DNA of 64,000 nt, from IMG/VR virus record IMGVR_UViG_3300006133_000325; one strand, 5' to 3'. Positions 21,517 through 32,042 of the stretch are shown here, piece by piece; position 1 is the stretch's first letter, and the number at the start of each line of letters is the position of its first letter. A model generated the notes under the pieces. The model saw only the letters and a list, made by a program, of their open reading frames with translations, had not been told where the DNA came from and searched no databases. This DNA is from a virus (Duplodnaviria > Caudoviricetes). Both the position numbers and the translations under genes were made by a program.

Positions 21517-21810
21517 GTGACGTATTCCCCCCTACTTTAAAAAGTGGGGCTTTCTGCTCAATAGCCCTAATGGACTAAGTATCAACGAGCTAACCCCGTC
21601 CGCCCGACGCTTTCACGGATGATGTTTGATTCGTACCTTGGATATTTTATGCACAGAAGGACGCTTGGTTTTCGCATATTGGTTTTCTCTGTGCAACCTG
21701 CTATATCCCAGTTGTCAATGTACGAATCATTATGCTTGGTATAACAGAAATTTTGGAGAAATGAAAGAGGAACACAATTATCCCTAACCTTAGAGGTCGG
21801 AGTCTTCTTG
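21517..21810 (-). mobile_element. Non-autonomous IS200/IS605-derived element with TnpB omegaRNA-like right end
   Basis: Minus strand ends GAAAGCCCCACTTTTTAAAGTAGGGGGGAATACGTCAC; begins with CAAGAAGACTCCGACCTCTAAGGTTAGGGA hairpin; no transposase ORF. Confidence 0.6.
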
Positions 21811-21939
21811 CTGAAAAGGGATAAAATGTCGAAATAAAAAATACGATTTTTTATCATTTTTCAAATTAACTATTGACAAAAATCCCAAAGTATACTAATC
21901 TAAAAATATCATTTTTTAATATTTGGGGAGGTAGCAATT

Positions 21940-22920
21940 ATGAAGGATTTACAAATTAAAACACGAGCATTGTCGTCACTTTTAAAGGATATTCAAAAAG
22001 GAAAATTTAACTTTAATCATCCTTTACAAAGACAAAGTGGACAATGGAACAGAGCAATGATGAGTAAGCTAATTGATACTATTCTACGTTTATACCCTGT
22101 CTATCCTGCATTAGTAGAAGATAACGGAAGTAATGGATACGGGGTTATAGATGGTAAGCAACGACTCACGATATTTGAATCTTATGTTAATGATGGATTT
22201 TCGCTTAGTAAAACTTTACTTCCTATTGAAATTGATGGGGTTCAATATGAAATTGCTGGAAAGAAATTTTCAAAATTAGACGAGGTTTTAAAAGATAGAT
22301 TTTTATCCAGAGAAATACAGCTATATATTATGACTGATGCTACGGAAGATGATATCCGTGAAATATTTGCCAGAATAAATTCCTCCAAGGGCTTATCTAA
22401 TACTCAAAAACGTACTACTGTTGAAAATGAGAAATTGGCAAAGATAATTTTCGATCTGAAATCTCATCCATTATTTGAGAAAATTACTACCCCTAATCAA
22501 CGTAAGAAAGATGAAGATAAAGATATTGTTCGTCAAACTCTTATGTTGTTGACTGCGGGCAAAGATTACGATTTTGGTTCTTTTCGGAATGATGATATTA
22601 ACAAATTCTTAGTTATGTATAATGATAATATCGATCATGATAAAATTGACTTATTAAAAGAAGCTATGGATAGTCTGGATACAGCATTTGAAACACTTTC
22701 TGTGAAAAAGACTACTGCTCCTATCCTACTCTACTCTTACTATAGAGTGATTAAGGACAAAAAGGATATCCAGAAATGGAATGAATGGGTTAAAAAATTC
22801 TTGGAAACATACGATACTAACGAAGAATATTTGAAGTATTGTAATGGTAGCGGAACTGCTTCTGGTGAAATGGTGAAAGGACGTTTGGATTATTTCAGAA
22901 ATGCGTTAAGAGAACTTTAA
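21940..22920 (+). CDS. DUF262 (GmrSD N-terminal, ParB-like) protein
   Basis: LQR..W, IDGKQRLT and IFARINS motifs; own promoter and RBS. Confidence 0.8.
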   Translation: MKDLQIKTRALSSLLKDIQKGKFNFNHPLQRQSGQWNRAMMSKLIDTILRLYPVYPALVEDNGSNGYGVIDGKQRLTIFESYVNDGFSLSKTLLPIEIDGVQYEIAGKKFSKLDEVLKDRFLSREIQLYIMTDATEDDIREIFARINSSKGLSNTQKRTTVENEKLAKIIFDLKSHPLFEKITTPNQRKKDEDKDIVRQTLMLLTAGKDYDFGSFRNDDINKFLVMYNDNIDHDKIDLLKEAMDSLDTAFETLSVKKTTAPILLYSYYRVIKDKKDIQKWNEWVKKFLETYDTNEEYLKYCNGSGTASGEMVKGRLDYFRNALREL

Positions 22921-22934
22921 TAATAGAATGAAAA

Positions 22935-22966
22935 AAAGAGCTTGCTGTGAGGGCAGGCTCTTTTTA
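22935..22966 (+). terminator. Intrinsic terminator
   Basis: AAGAGCTTGC...GCAGGCTCTT followed by a T-tract. Confidence 0.7.
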
Positions 22967-23095
22967 TTTATTACAACAAGAATTGTATTCGCATATAAAA
23001 GCATATTATATATTGTAAACACGATATTGCTATTATTTGTATATTATGTTATAGTAATTATGGTAGTATAAATATAAATGTAAGGTGGATAAAAC

Positions 23096-24301
23096 ATGAA
23101 GATACCTAACTTCCTTATAAAAGATGCTTATCTACAAAATCCTATTATGCGTCGTTTTTTAAAGGAACATAAATTAGATTTTGTAGATAATAAAACAGAT
23201 TACATAAAAACTATAACAGCGTTTGCAAATCTTAATAAAGAAAATGAAAAAGAAGTACTAAATTGGCTTTTAAAAGTTTCAAAAGAAGGTAGCAAAGAAA
23301 TATGTTATCGAAAAATTTATGGCATTGAAGAATATTCTAAAAATCCTTCATTTTTAGAGAATATAATTAAAGATGCATGTCCAGATTGTCCTATGAAAAA
23401 CATCTTATCTTATAAGAATACTCATGAAAGAAAGATGATTGAATATAAAATTATTACTAATGATAATAACGAAGCTATTAGAATAGATTTTACATTTTCC
23501 CGATTATTTTTTTATAAAAATGGAGAAAATATAGAAGGTGAAACAGTTTTCCCTATATTTATTGAAGTTTATTTAGATAAAGGATTTATTATAAGTAGAG
23601 CAAAGGCTAAATCTACGCTTTGTGATTGCAGGAATAATGAACAAAATAATAACGATGTTACAAAAATAAATACCATAGACTATGCGATATCTACTATTAA
23701 TGCAATTATTCATATATTAAATTTTAATGCTGAATCTAATACTAAAATAGTAAATAGCGAAGTCTCTCAAATGCTCTATGGATTATATAAGCAATATTCA
23801 TTTACACCAGAAGATATAGAACATAAAATCAATTCACAAAATTCTTTAATAAATGAATTTGTTAATCATTTTTTTGATAATTTGCATCTCAACATAAGAA
23901 ATAAAGAAAGTGCTATTATGGATACAAAGATTCTTTTAGAAAAATATATATCTGTTAATGGAGATACTGAATCAATATTCAAAAATGATAGAGATGCATA
24001 TCTTACAAAGATTCGTGCTGATGATGAAAGTGAGCTTACAATAATTGACACAACATCTTATAAAAGCGTACCATTACAGTGTACAGAAGCATTTTTTGAT
24101 AGTAAAAAATATGTTATAAGAAGTAAGGCATGCAAACGTTTAAAATTAATTTTTAAGCGTATCGATGAGACTTATTTTAAAGGGAACCCTCTTGTCGTAC
24201 AATTTGGAATATATAAAAATTGTGGTTATGTAAAAACTATGCAATATGCAGAGGAGGCTGATATACAAAATGTTTTACAAACAATTTTTAAAAATTACTG
24301 A
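23096..24301 (+). CDS. Hypothetical protein, first gene of a two-gene cassette
   Basis: 401 aa; promoter TTGCTA-17-TATAGT near 23028; overlaps the next gene. Confidence 0.7.
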   Translation: MKIPNFLIKDAYLQNPIMRRFLKEHKLDFVDNKTDYIKTITAFANLNKENEKEVLNWLLKVSKEGSKEICYRKIYGIEEYSKNPSFLENIIKDACPDCPMKNILSYKNTHERKMIEYKIITNDNNEAIRIDFTFSRLFFYKNGENIEGETVFPIFIEVYLDKGFIISRAKAKSTLCDCRNNEQNNNDVTKINTIDYAISTINAIIHILNFNAESNTKIVNSEVSQMLYGLYKQYSFTPEDIEHKINSQNSLINEFVNHFFDNLHLNIRNKESAIMDTKILLEKYISVNGDTESIFKNDRDAYLTKIRADDESELTIIDTTSYKSVPLQCTEAFFDSKKYVIRSKACKRLKLIFKRIDETYFKGNPLVVQFGIYKNCGYVKTMQYAEEADIQNVLQTIFKNY

Positions 24302-25343
24302 TGTTTTAAATTCTTCTTTTGTTGAAAATTTTGATTATTGGCTTGCCACTTTACCAAAAAATAATCAAAAAAGTATAACAGCATCTCTTGTTTCTGCGAA
24401 GTTTGGTGTAAAGTATTCTTTTTCCGAATTTATTCTTGACTTTGCTGAAAAACAGGGAATACTTGAAAAGTATTATTTAGTAAGATGTCCAGACTGTGAT
24501 TACCCATTAGAATCTTGTACAGAAGAAGCAGCAAATATTTTAGTAAATCCTATTTATTGCGATGAATGTGAGGAGTACAAATATATCTCCTCAGACGATA
24601 TTTACGTAATTTATAAAGTTATAATGCAACCAGATGCTACTGAAGATGAAATATCGGCAGCAATAGAAATGAGATTAGAACAGACCAAAAATGCAAAAGT
24701 AAATTTTTGTCATGCTGATTCACTTTCCAATAATATATCTTCCTTATATGAAATCTTCTATAATCCAAGTGAATCAGCTTATAATGAGCTTAAATTATTA
24801 AGGGGAAAACTTGATTTGGATTATGGAAGTAATACCACTGATAAAGGAAATTCTTTAGAAATACTAATTTCAAAAATTTTTAATCTCATCAAACACGTAT
24901 CAGTAACAACTGATATAAAAACTAAAACCAATCAATTTGATTGTACTGCTTTATGTAGAGTAAATTCCACATATCCTTCTGTATTTAATTACCTATCTCC
25001 TTATTTTGTTATCGAGTGTAAAAATGAAAAGAAGAAGCCTGATAACACTTATACTAATAAATTAGAAAGTATATTAGATACTAACGAAGCACAATTAGGA
25101 ATCATTTTCGGAAGACAAAATGCAACAAAAACATGTTTTAATATTTCCAGAGAACATTATTTATTAAATAGGAACTCTAAAAAGCAACAAATTATTATAT
25201 CATGTTGTGATGATGATTTAAAATACATAATTGACAAAAAGGTAAATTTATTACAATATATAGAATTTAAAATTTTTCAAATTACTTCTAATAGCCCTTC
25301 TTCAACATTTGAAATAAGGCTACCGCAATCCCACTGGCTTTAG
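24270..25343 (+). CDS. Zn-ribbon plus Mrr-like PD-(D/E)xK restriction endonuclease; last codons replaced by the IS
   Basis: CPDC/CDEC; KGNSLE...QFDC...IECKN; removing the IS restores STFE-MFCKGN-stop (27025-27045). Confidence 0.7.
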   Translation: MFYKQFLKITDVLNSSFVENFDYWLATLPKNNQKSITASLVSAKFGVKYSFSEFILDFAEKQGILEKYYLVRCPDCDYPLESCTEEAANILVNPIYCDECEEYKYISSDDIYVIYKVIMQPDATEDEISAAIEMRLEQTKNAKVNFCHADSLSNNISSLYEIFYNPSESAYNELKLLRGKLDLDYGSNTTDKGNSLEILISKIFNLIKHVSVTTDIKTKTNQFDCTALCRVNSTYPSVFNYLSPYFVIECKNEKKKPDNTYTNKLESILDTNEAQLGIIFGRQNATKTCFNISREHYLLNRNSKKQQIIISCCDDDLKYIIDKKVNLLQYIEFKIFQITSNSPSSTFEIRLPQSHWL

Positions 25344-25392
25344 ACGGTGGGTTAAGGTAGCCAAAAGTGGCGGTTTGTGTTATACTTGCGTC

Positions 25393-25797
25393 ATGGGAAC
25401 ATGGAAATCAAAAAACAGGCACAAATATTTGTTACAGTATCATATTATTTTTGTATGTAAATACAGAAAGAAGCTGTTTGCATCAGAACATATATCGGAT
25501 GATATAAAACAGCTTTCGTACGAGATATGCCAGAAACATCATGTGATTATCAGATATATGGAAACTGACAAAGACCATATCCATTACATGATAGAAACAG
25601 AACCGACAATGTCTGTCAGTAAAATAGTAAATCTGATGAAGAGTTACACGACATACCATATATGGAAAAAGTATCAAAACTATCTGCGAAAGCATTTTTG
25701 GAAGGAGCGCACATTCTGGACGGATGGATATTTTGCGTGTAGCGTTGGAAATGTTTCGGAAGAAATGCTTAAAAAATATATAGAAAACCAGGGATAG
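25393..25797 (+). CDS. tnpA: IS200-type Y1 transposase
   Basis: HIIFVCKYR, DHIH (HUH), FWTDGYF, YIENQ. Confidence 0.95.
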   Translation: MGTWKSKNRHKYLLQYHIIFVCKYRKKLFASEHISDDIKQLSYEICQKHHVIIRYMETDKDHIHYMIETEPTMSVSKIVNLMKSYTTYHIWKKYQNYLRKHFWKERTFWTDGYFACSVGNVSEEMLKKYIENQG

Positions 25798-25813
25798 GGG
25801 GAGACGGCAGCAA

Positions 25814-26917
25814 ATGTTAAAAGCGTACAAATATAGGATATATCCAAATAATGAGCAGAAAGTGCAGATTGCAAAAACATTTGGCTGCTGCCGTTTTGTC
25901 TATAACCAGACTTTAGCACATAGGAAAAATGCTTATGAAAAAGAAAAGAAATCTGTCAGCAGAACAGACTGTAATAATTATTGTAACAGAGAGTTAAAGA
26001 AGGAATATGAGTGGCTGAAGGAAGTGGACAAATTCGCCCTTACAAATGCCATTTATAACATGGATGCGGCATTTCAGAAGTTTTTTAGGGAACATACAGG
26101 ATATCCGAAATTCAAAAGTAAGCATGATAACCATAAGTCTTATACTACAAATTTCACAAATGGGAATATTGCTGCAGATTTTGAGGACGGGAAGATAAAA
26201 CTGCCAAAGTTAAAGCAGGTAAAGGCAAAATTCCACAGGGAATTTGATGGACAGATAAAATCAGCCACAATTTCCCAGGTACCAAGTGGAAAATATTATG
26301 TGTCAATACTTGTGGAAACAGAACATGGAGAACTACCGCAAACAGGCAAAAATATAGGTTTAGATTTAGGCATAAAAGATTTATGCATTACGTCAGAGGG
26401 GAAGAAATACGAAAATCCAAAGACAATAAAAAAATATGAGAAAAAACTGGCAAAACTGCAAAGACAGCTTGCACATAAAGAGAAAAGAAGCAGAAATTAT
26501 TATAAACAGAAAAGGAAAATCGCACGTTGCCATGAGAAAATTACAAATACCAGAAAAGATTATCTGCATAAAGTTTCCCATAAGATTATCAGCGAAAACC
26601 AAGTGATAGTTTCGGAAAACCTGCAGATAAAAAATATGGTAAAAAACCATCAACTGGCAAAAACAATATCAGATGTGTCGTGGTACGAATTAACAAGACA
26701 GTTAGGGTATAAGGCAGAATGGAATGGGAGACAGTACATAAAAATAGATACATTCTATGCAAGCAGCCAGATATGCTCAGCCTGTGGGTATCAGAATACA
26801 GACATAAAAGATTTATCCGTAAGGGAATGGATATGCCCAAAGTGCAGAGCGAAACATGATAGAGACATCAATGCTGCAAAGAATATATTGGCGGAAGGAT
26901 TACGGCAGATAGCATAG
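25814..26917 (+). CDS. tnpB: RNA-guided endonuclease TnpB
   Basis: GLDLGIKD RuvC-I, ENL RuvC-II, CSACG/CPKC zinc finger, DRDINAA. Confidence 0.95.
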   Translation: MLKAYKYRIYPNNEQKVQIAKTFGCCRFVYNQTLAHRKNAYEKEKKSVSRTDCNNYCNRELKKEYEWLKEVDKFALTNAIYNMDAAFQKFFREHTGYPKFKSKHDNHKSYTTNFTNGNIAADFEDGKIKLPKLKQVKAKFHREFDGQIKSATISQVPSGKYYVSILVETEHGELPQTGKNIGLDLGIKDLCITSEGKKYENPKTIKKYEKKLAKLQRQLAHKEKRSRNYYKQKRKIARCHEKITNTRKDYLHKVSHKIISENQVIVSENLQIKNMVKNHQLAKTISDVSWYELTRQLGYKAEWNGRQYIKIDTFYASSQICSACGYQNTDIKDLSVREWICPKCRAKHDRDINAAKNILAEGLRQIA

Positions 26918-27312
26918 GATAATAAAATAGGGATGGTGCAGCCCGAATTTACGCCTGTGGAGATAGTAGGTTACGAGGTCGATGAAGCAGGAAGCCCATT
27001 GGCTTTAGACAATGGGTAGTTCACATGTTTTGTAAAGGCAATTAATTTTTATTCTGCTTATTTAAAGAAAAAGTTATTAAAACAACGATTAATGAAGGCT
27101 TGATAATTAACAATAAGAAAATGAATTTTGGGGATGCGGATAGAGTTTTACAGTATATTGCAGAGTTTGAGTTCAAACATCAATATCGTCATTTTTGTTA
27201 TTTTAATGTCATATGCGTATTAGATAAAGAGAATCATATAATAGAACTACTAGATACATTATCAAATCCCAAGAGGATTTCTTTCAGACAAAAGAAAGGA
27301 AAGTTTCTATTC

Positions 27313-29435
27313 ATGAAAAAATTTGATGAATTAAAAGCAGAATATAATAGATTCCACAATAAAGACAAAAGTGTCAATTGCTTCTTGCCAGTTCATTTAA
27401 CAAATGGAAAAGTCGAAACCAATCTTTTTAAAAAGAATGGTACACATAATGAACAATATTACAAATGGCAATTCCTAAATTGTTTTGTCGAAGCAGGATT
27501 ATGTTCAAAAGATTATATTGGAACTGAAGTAAATTTTCCTAAAGGAAATAAAAGTTCTACTATGATAAAATTAGATGGTGCAATTTTTGATGATAAAAAT
27601 TGGTTTGACCATTATCAATCTTTGCATACCAAGAAAGATGATTCCAGATGGGATGAATTAAATTGGTTAAAAGAACATCTTATATGTGCTTTAGAGTTTA
27701 AAAAAGAAGGTTCAAAAGATATAAAGGGCGTATTTAATAGCCAATTAAAAACCTACATGAATGAATCTTCAAAAGAAATAGTGCTTGGTATTTTATATGA
27801 TGAAGAGAGACTATATTTATTTAAATCTGAAGGAAAAAATATTATCGTTTAAGTGATGAATTTAATATCGAAAACAAAGGTAAACTTGAACCTACTTTTG
27901 ATATTCCTGATGGATATAGTAATCTATTAAGTTTTGATGAAATCATAAAGTATGATACATCCAAAAAAACTCTTAAAGATTATTCTGGAAGACAATTAAG
28001 TGAATTAAGTATTATTTCAAAAACTGATTCTAAAAGATTAAATGATGCTCTTTATCAAATCTTACACACCATGGATAAATGTGGTTTAGTTAATCAGAAA
28101 GGCTATAATATATTGATTCAACTACTTACGTTAAAAATATATGATGAAAAAAATAATTTTTCTGATTTAAAGTATTATATTAATCCAGCAGAATCTACAT
28201 ATAAAAAAATATCAGAAGATGGTCTGCAAGAATTTTTACAAAGAATTGAACAAATTCGTATAAAGGCAAAAACACAATATAAGAAAATTCTTAAAGAGAA
28301 TTACTTTGATCATAAAAACGAAAACCAAATTAAAGTTGTTATTGAAATTGTTCGCCAATTTCAAAATTATAGTTTTACTTGTTCAGAAAGAAATAATTTA
28401 TATCAATTAGTATTTTATCAATTTGCCTCTCAATTCAGCAAGGCGGATAATGCTCAATTTGTAACTCCATTACAAATAATTGATTTTATTGTGGATATGA
28501 TAAATCCAAAACACAATGAAAGTATTATTGATCCTACTGTTGGTATTGCTGACTTTTTATCCGTATCTTATGTAAAATCAAACGGAACATTAGATGATAA
28601 AAATTTCTATGGGCTTGATATAGATGAAGATATGGTTAAACTAGCAACTCTTAATATGCTTTTAAATGGTGATGGAAATGCTACGATTGAGGCACAGACA
28701 GATGGACTTGGTTCGATAAACACAAAGTTTGATGATGAAGGTAACTTGATTAAGCTTGTGCCAAAAACAGAAAAGCAAGAACATAATTATAACGGCAAAT
28801 GGGACAACAGAGTTGATGGAAAATCCCTGAAAAAATTTAATATAGTTTTAACAAATCCGCCATTTGGTGAAGCAAGATCATGGATCCCAACAGGAAGCGA
28901 AAAAGATATTGCTGAATGCTATGAATTATGGAACAAATATAAGCAAACAAAAATTGATTTAGGTGTAATTTTTCTTGAAAATGCAGTACGTATTTTAGAG
29001 CGTAATGGTAGAATGGCTATCGTTTTATCAAATTCGATTGCATCTATTGATGCTCATAAAGAAGCCAGAAAATGGTTGTGTGAAAATATGAGAATTGTTG
29101 CAATTATTGATTTACCTGCAAATATTTTTGCGGAAGCAGGAGTCGCTCCTACTATTATTATCGCCTATAAACCAGATAACGCAGAGTTGATGAAATTAAA
29201 AAACAATAATTATCAAGTTTTTTCAAAGGAAATAAAGAAGGTGGGATATGAAGTCAAAACCAAAAATAAAGTTAAGTGTTTTGAAACTCAATATAAATTA
29301 AATCCAGAAACTTTTGAAAAAGAAATTAATGACGATGGAACCGCAAAATTAGATGAAGAATTTACAGAGACAGTATTAGCCTTTAAACAATGGTGTAACA
29401 AACAAGAAGATACTTTGAAAAAACTATTTTTGTAA
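27313..29435 (+). pseudogene. Fused endonuclease-m6A methyltransferase subunit (type IIB/IIG- or type I-like), frameshifted at an A6 tract
   Basis: N-part DGAIFD...LEFKK; C-part QFVTP, DPTVG, LTNPPFG; one extra A at 27834-27839 joins the two ORFs with no stop. Confidence 0.75.
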
Positions 29436-29454
29436 AAAAGGGGCAGTACCTAAA

Positions 29455-30954
29455 ATGAAGAAACAATATATTGACATTCCTCTCTTTACTACTTTTGAAG
29501 ATATAATTAACAAAGATTATACTTTATCAGCTACACAATACAAATCTTTTTTATGTAAAAACAAGAATATTAAACCAGTTTCTGAATTTTTGGATCGAGA
29601 TTTACAAAGAAAAGATTTAGGAAGTGAAGTTGGGAGTGAATCCTATGTAGAAAATTCTCCTTTCTTTTTTATCAAAACAAAGGCTTTACAGCCAGAATCA
29701 TATTTATTAGATATTACAAAAGAATCTATTCCAAGCATAACGCCAAAGAATTATATCGAAATGAATTTAAGACAGGGAGACTTATTAATATCAAAAGACA
29801 GCAATGTAGGCGAAATAGTTATATTAGATAAAGATTATCCAAACACCATGCTTTGTGGTGGTATTTATCGATTACCTATTACAAAAAATAAATATTATTT
29901 GTTAGCCTTTATTAAAAGTGATATTTTTTCCATGCAAATAGATTTCCTTGTTCCAAGAGGTTCTACAATTAGACATGGAAAAACAAAATTTTTGGATTGC
30001 ATGATTCCAATGCCAAATAAAAATCCTAAAGAAACGATTCAATATATAGAATTATTAATACAGGCTATTATTAGTAAAGAAATTAAAATAAGAAAAAAAC
30101 ACAAACAAATTATTAATGAAATCCAAAAAGAACTAGAATTAAATCAAAATAATAGAGAGTTTAAATATAATTTACCAAATATATCTGAAATAATGAACTT
30201 GGACAGAATGGATTCGTCTTTGTATTCTGAAGAATTTAAAAAGAAAGAATTTCTTATTAGCAATTATAAATATGGTGTATCTTCTATAAAAGAATTGGGA
30301 TTTGAAATTACTAGAGGTCAAAATTTGCAAATATCAAATATAGGAAAGTCTATTCAGACTGATACATATAAAGAAGGATACTACACTCTTATATTACCTA
30401 AATTCTTATCAAAATATGGAACGGTATACAAACAAGAATATTTAGGAAATCCCAACAAATTAAAGACTTTAAAAAAAGGAGATATAATATTTGGTGCAGA
30501 AGGAAATGAAAAAGGTAGGTCTTTAGCAATAATAGAAGAGCAAAATAATGCAATTACCAATATACATGGAATTACTTTAAACCAAAAACAGCATAATTTA
30601 ACAAAGGGTATTTTTATCAAATTATTTTTAGATTATTATAGGACACATGGTATGATAGACTCCTATGCTGTTGGAGGTAATGGTGGAAGTTTGGCAATAA
30701 AGTATTGGGATTTTTTAAAATTTCCAAATTTTTTAGATGATAAGGAAGCCGAAATTGTACAGTTATACCACAATGAAAATGTTACTTATTCTCCTGGAAG
30801 ATGTACTTTAAATGACTTTTTGGATTATGATTCTGCATTTAATAAAGAAGCTGGAATATATGAAATAGACAAAACTATAAAATATTTACAAAAAAAATTA
30901 AACAATGCTATCAATAATATTGTTGATGATAATGAAGTTAAGATCGAATTTTAA
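29455..30954 (+). CDS. R-M specificity (S) subunit
   Basis: Two TRD-like halves (LRQGDLLISKD, LKKGDIIFG) separated by a helical spacer; follows the MTase. Confidence 0.75.
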   Translation: MKKQYIDIPLFTTFEDIINKDYTLSATQYKSFLCKNKNIKPVSEFLDRDLQRKDLGSEVGSESYVENSPFFFIKTKALQPESYLLDITKESIPSITPKNYIEMNLRQGDLLISKDSNVGEIVILDKDYPNTMLCGGIYRLPITKNKYYLLAFIKSDIFSMQIDFLVPRGSTIRHGKTKFLDCMIPMPNKNPKETIQYIELLIQAIISKEIKIRKKHKQIINEIQKELELNQNNREFKYNLPNISEIMNLDRMDSSLYSEEFKKKEFLISNYKYGVSSIKELGFEITRGQNLQISNIGKSIQTDTYKEGYYTLILPKFLSKYGTVYKQEYLGNPNKLKTLKKGDIIFGAEGNEKGRSLAIIEEQNNAITNIHGITLNQKQHNLTKGIFIKLFLDYYRTHGMIDSYAVGGNGGSLAIKYWDFLKFPNFLDDKEAEIVQLYHNENVTYSPGRCTLNDFLDYDSAFNKEAGIYEIDKTIKYLQKKLNNAINNIVDDNEVKIEF

Positions 30955-30964
30955 CCCAACGCAG

Positions 30965-31003
30965 CAAGAAGCCCCCGCCTCTTAGGCGGCGGGAGTATGT
31001 CAC
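30965..31003 (+). mobile_element. Mini IS200/IS605-type end element
   Basis: CAAGAAGCCCCCGCCTCTTAGGCGGCGGGAGTATGTCAC hairpin ending in TCAC. Confidence 0.55.
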
Positions 31004-31009
31004 TAACTT

Positions 31010-31267
31010 ATTAAAATATTTGATAAACCAATAACAGCGATAAAGGGAATTATTGATGAGTTAAAGTCGTATAACTCCGTGCTTTCTGAGTCAACAGACC
31101 TACAGAAATCGCACATTGATGTAGTGACGCAGCAAAATTCTTCATTAGGAAATTATTTATCTGGGTTAAATGGTGCTGAAGCATCGCTGGGCGGTTATGC
31201 AAAGTCTTTAGTTAAGTCAAAAATTGCTTCTATCGGACTACAGGCTGCTTCTATTGCGCTAAATGCT
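31010..31267 (+). pseudogene. Orphan diverged copy of the start of TMP exon 3
   Basis: Ungapped match to 32804-33061 (IKIFDKPITAIKG...ASIALNA). Confidence 0.85.
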
Positions 31268-31340
31268 AAGCTTGATAATTTATCCTCATGTAAAATTAAC
31301 CAGGAACACTTTTATAGGCATTCCTGGTTATGCTGCTTTT

Positions 31341-31970
31341 CTATTCTTTGATAAAATCGACACATAATATTCCATCTTCTGTATCATAAAAAATAGTCAA
31401 TAATCCATCACTATCTTTACATGTAACCTTATTTCCTTCCACTTCATATGTTCCAGTTTTTGTTTCTACTACTTGATAATCATGAACATGTGATTCACTA
31501 TTATTACAACCAGAACATGCCATATAAATAAATTCAACTGTATTATCTTTATTAAATTGAATTGTGTCAGCTATTGACCAATTTTCATATGTTACCTCTG
31601 TTTCTTGATTTTGAAGTGGTAATTCACCTTCCCATTTATAACAAATCATATTTTTATAAACATAGCCAAAATCTGAACCAAGTTCTATATCGTCAGATTC
31701 CTCTTCTCCATTAAATAATGTTAGCTTATTTTCATCAATTCTATATGTTCCATAATCAAACCAAGTAATTCCCATATCATCCAATTCTTCTCCAAATCCA
31801 TCAATGTCATAATAATTAGTAGAATATGTTCCATCTTTTGAAAACCTAAAATAGACTTCTGTGTTTAAACCTATATATTTACCCTCAAGTATATTTCTAT
31901 TGGAGTTACATGCTATCAACCCTAATAAAAACACCATCATTATCAAAATTATATTGACTTTCTTTTTCAT
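31341..31970 (-). CDS. Lipoprotein (paralog A), candidate superinfection-exclusion protein
   Basis: Signal peptide with LIAC lipobox; promoter TTGCCA...TGATATAAT. Confidence 0.75.
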   Translation of the reverse strand: MKKKVNIILIMMVFLLGLIACNSNRNILEGKYIGLNTEVYFRFSKDGTYSTNYYDIDGFGEELDDMGITWFDYGTYRIDENKLTLFNGEEESDDIELGSDFGYVYKNMICYKWEGELPLQNQETEVTYENWSIADTIQFNKDNTVEFIYMACSGCNNSESHVHDYQVVETKTGTYEVEGNKVTCKDSDGLLTIFYDTEDGILCVDFIKE

Positions 31971-32042
31971 TTTAAAACCCTCCCGTTATTTTTTATCAAT
32001 TATATCATAAAAACATCTCCATGTATGGCAAACAGGTTTATG

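Larger units (their letters stand above)
25314..27024 (+). mobile_element. IS200/IS605 family element, copy 1 (1711 bp)
   Basis: tnpA+tnpB, subterminal hairpins, inserted 3' of TTTGAA, right end TTCAC, no target duplication. Confidence 0.95.

Noticed and set aside
21582-21857. 91-aa minus-strand ORF
   Set aside because: Runs through the hairpins of the non-autonomous element; no RBS or motif
21030-27024. Classical IStron (group I intron fused to tnpA/tnpB)
   Set aside because: The IS is an independent insertion into the nuclease gene with a matching copy at 47685, and its right end is not the 3' splice site
27100-27312. N-terminal extension of the R-M gene from TTG 27100
   Set aside because: An AAGGA RBS-like sequence precedes ATG 27313; the upstream frame looks like a relic
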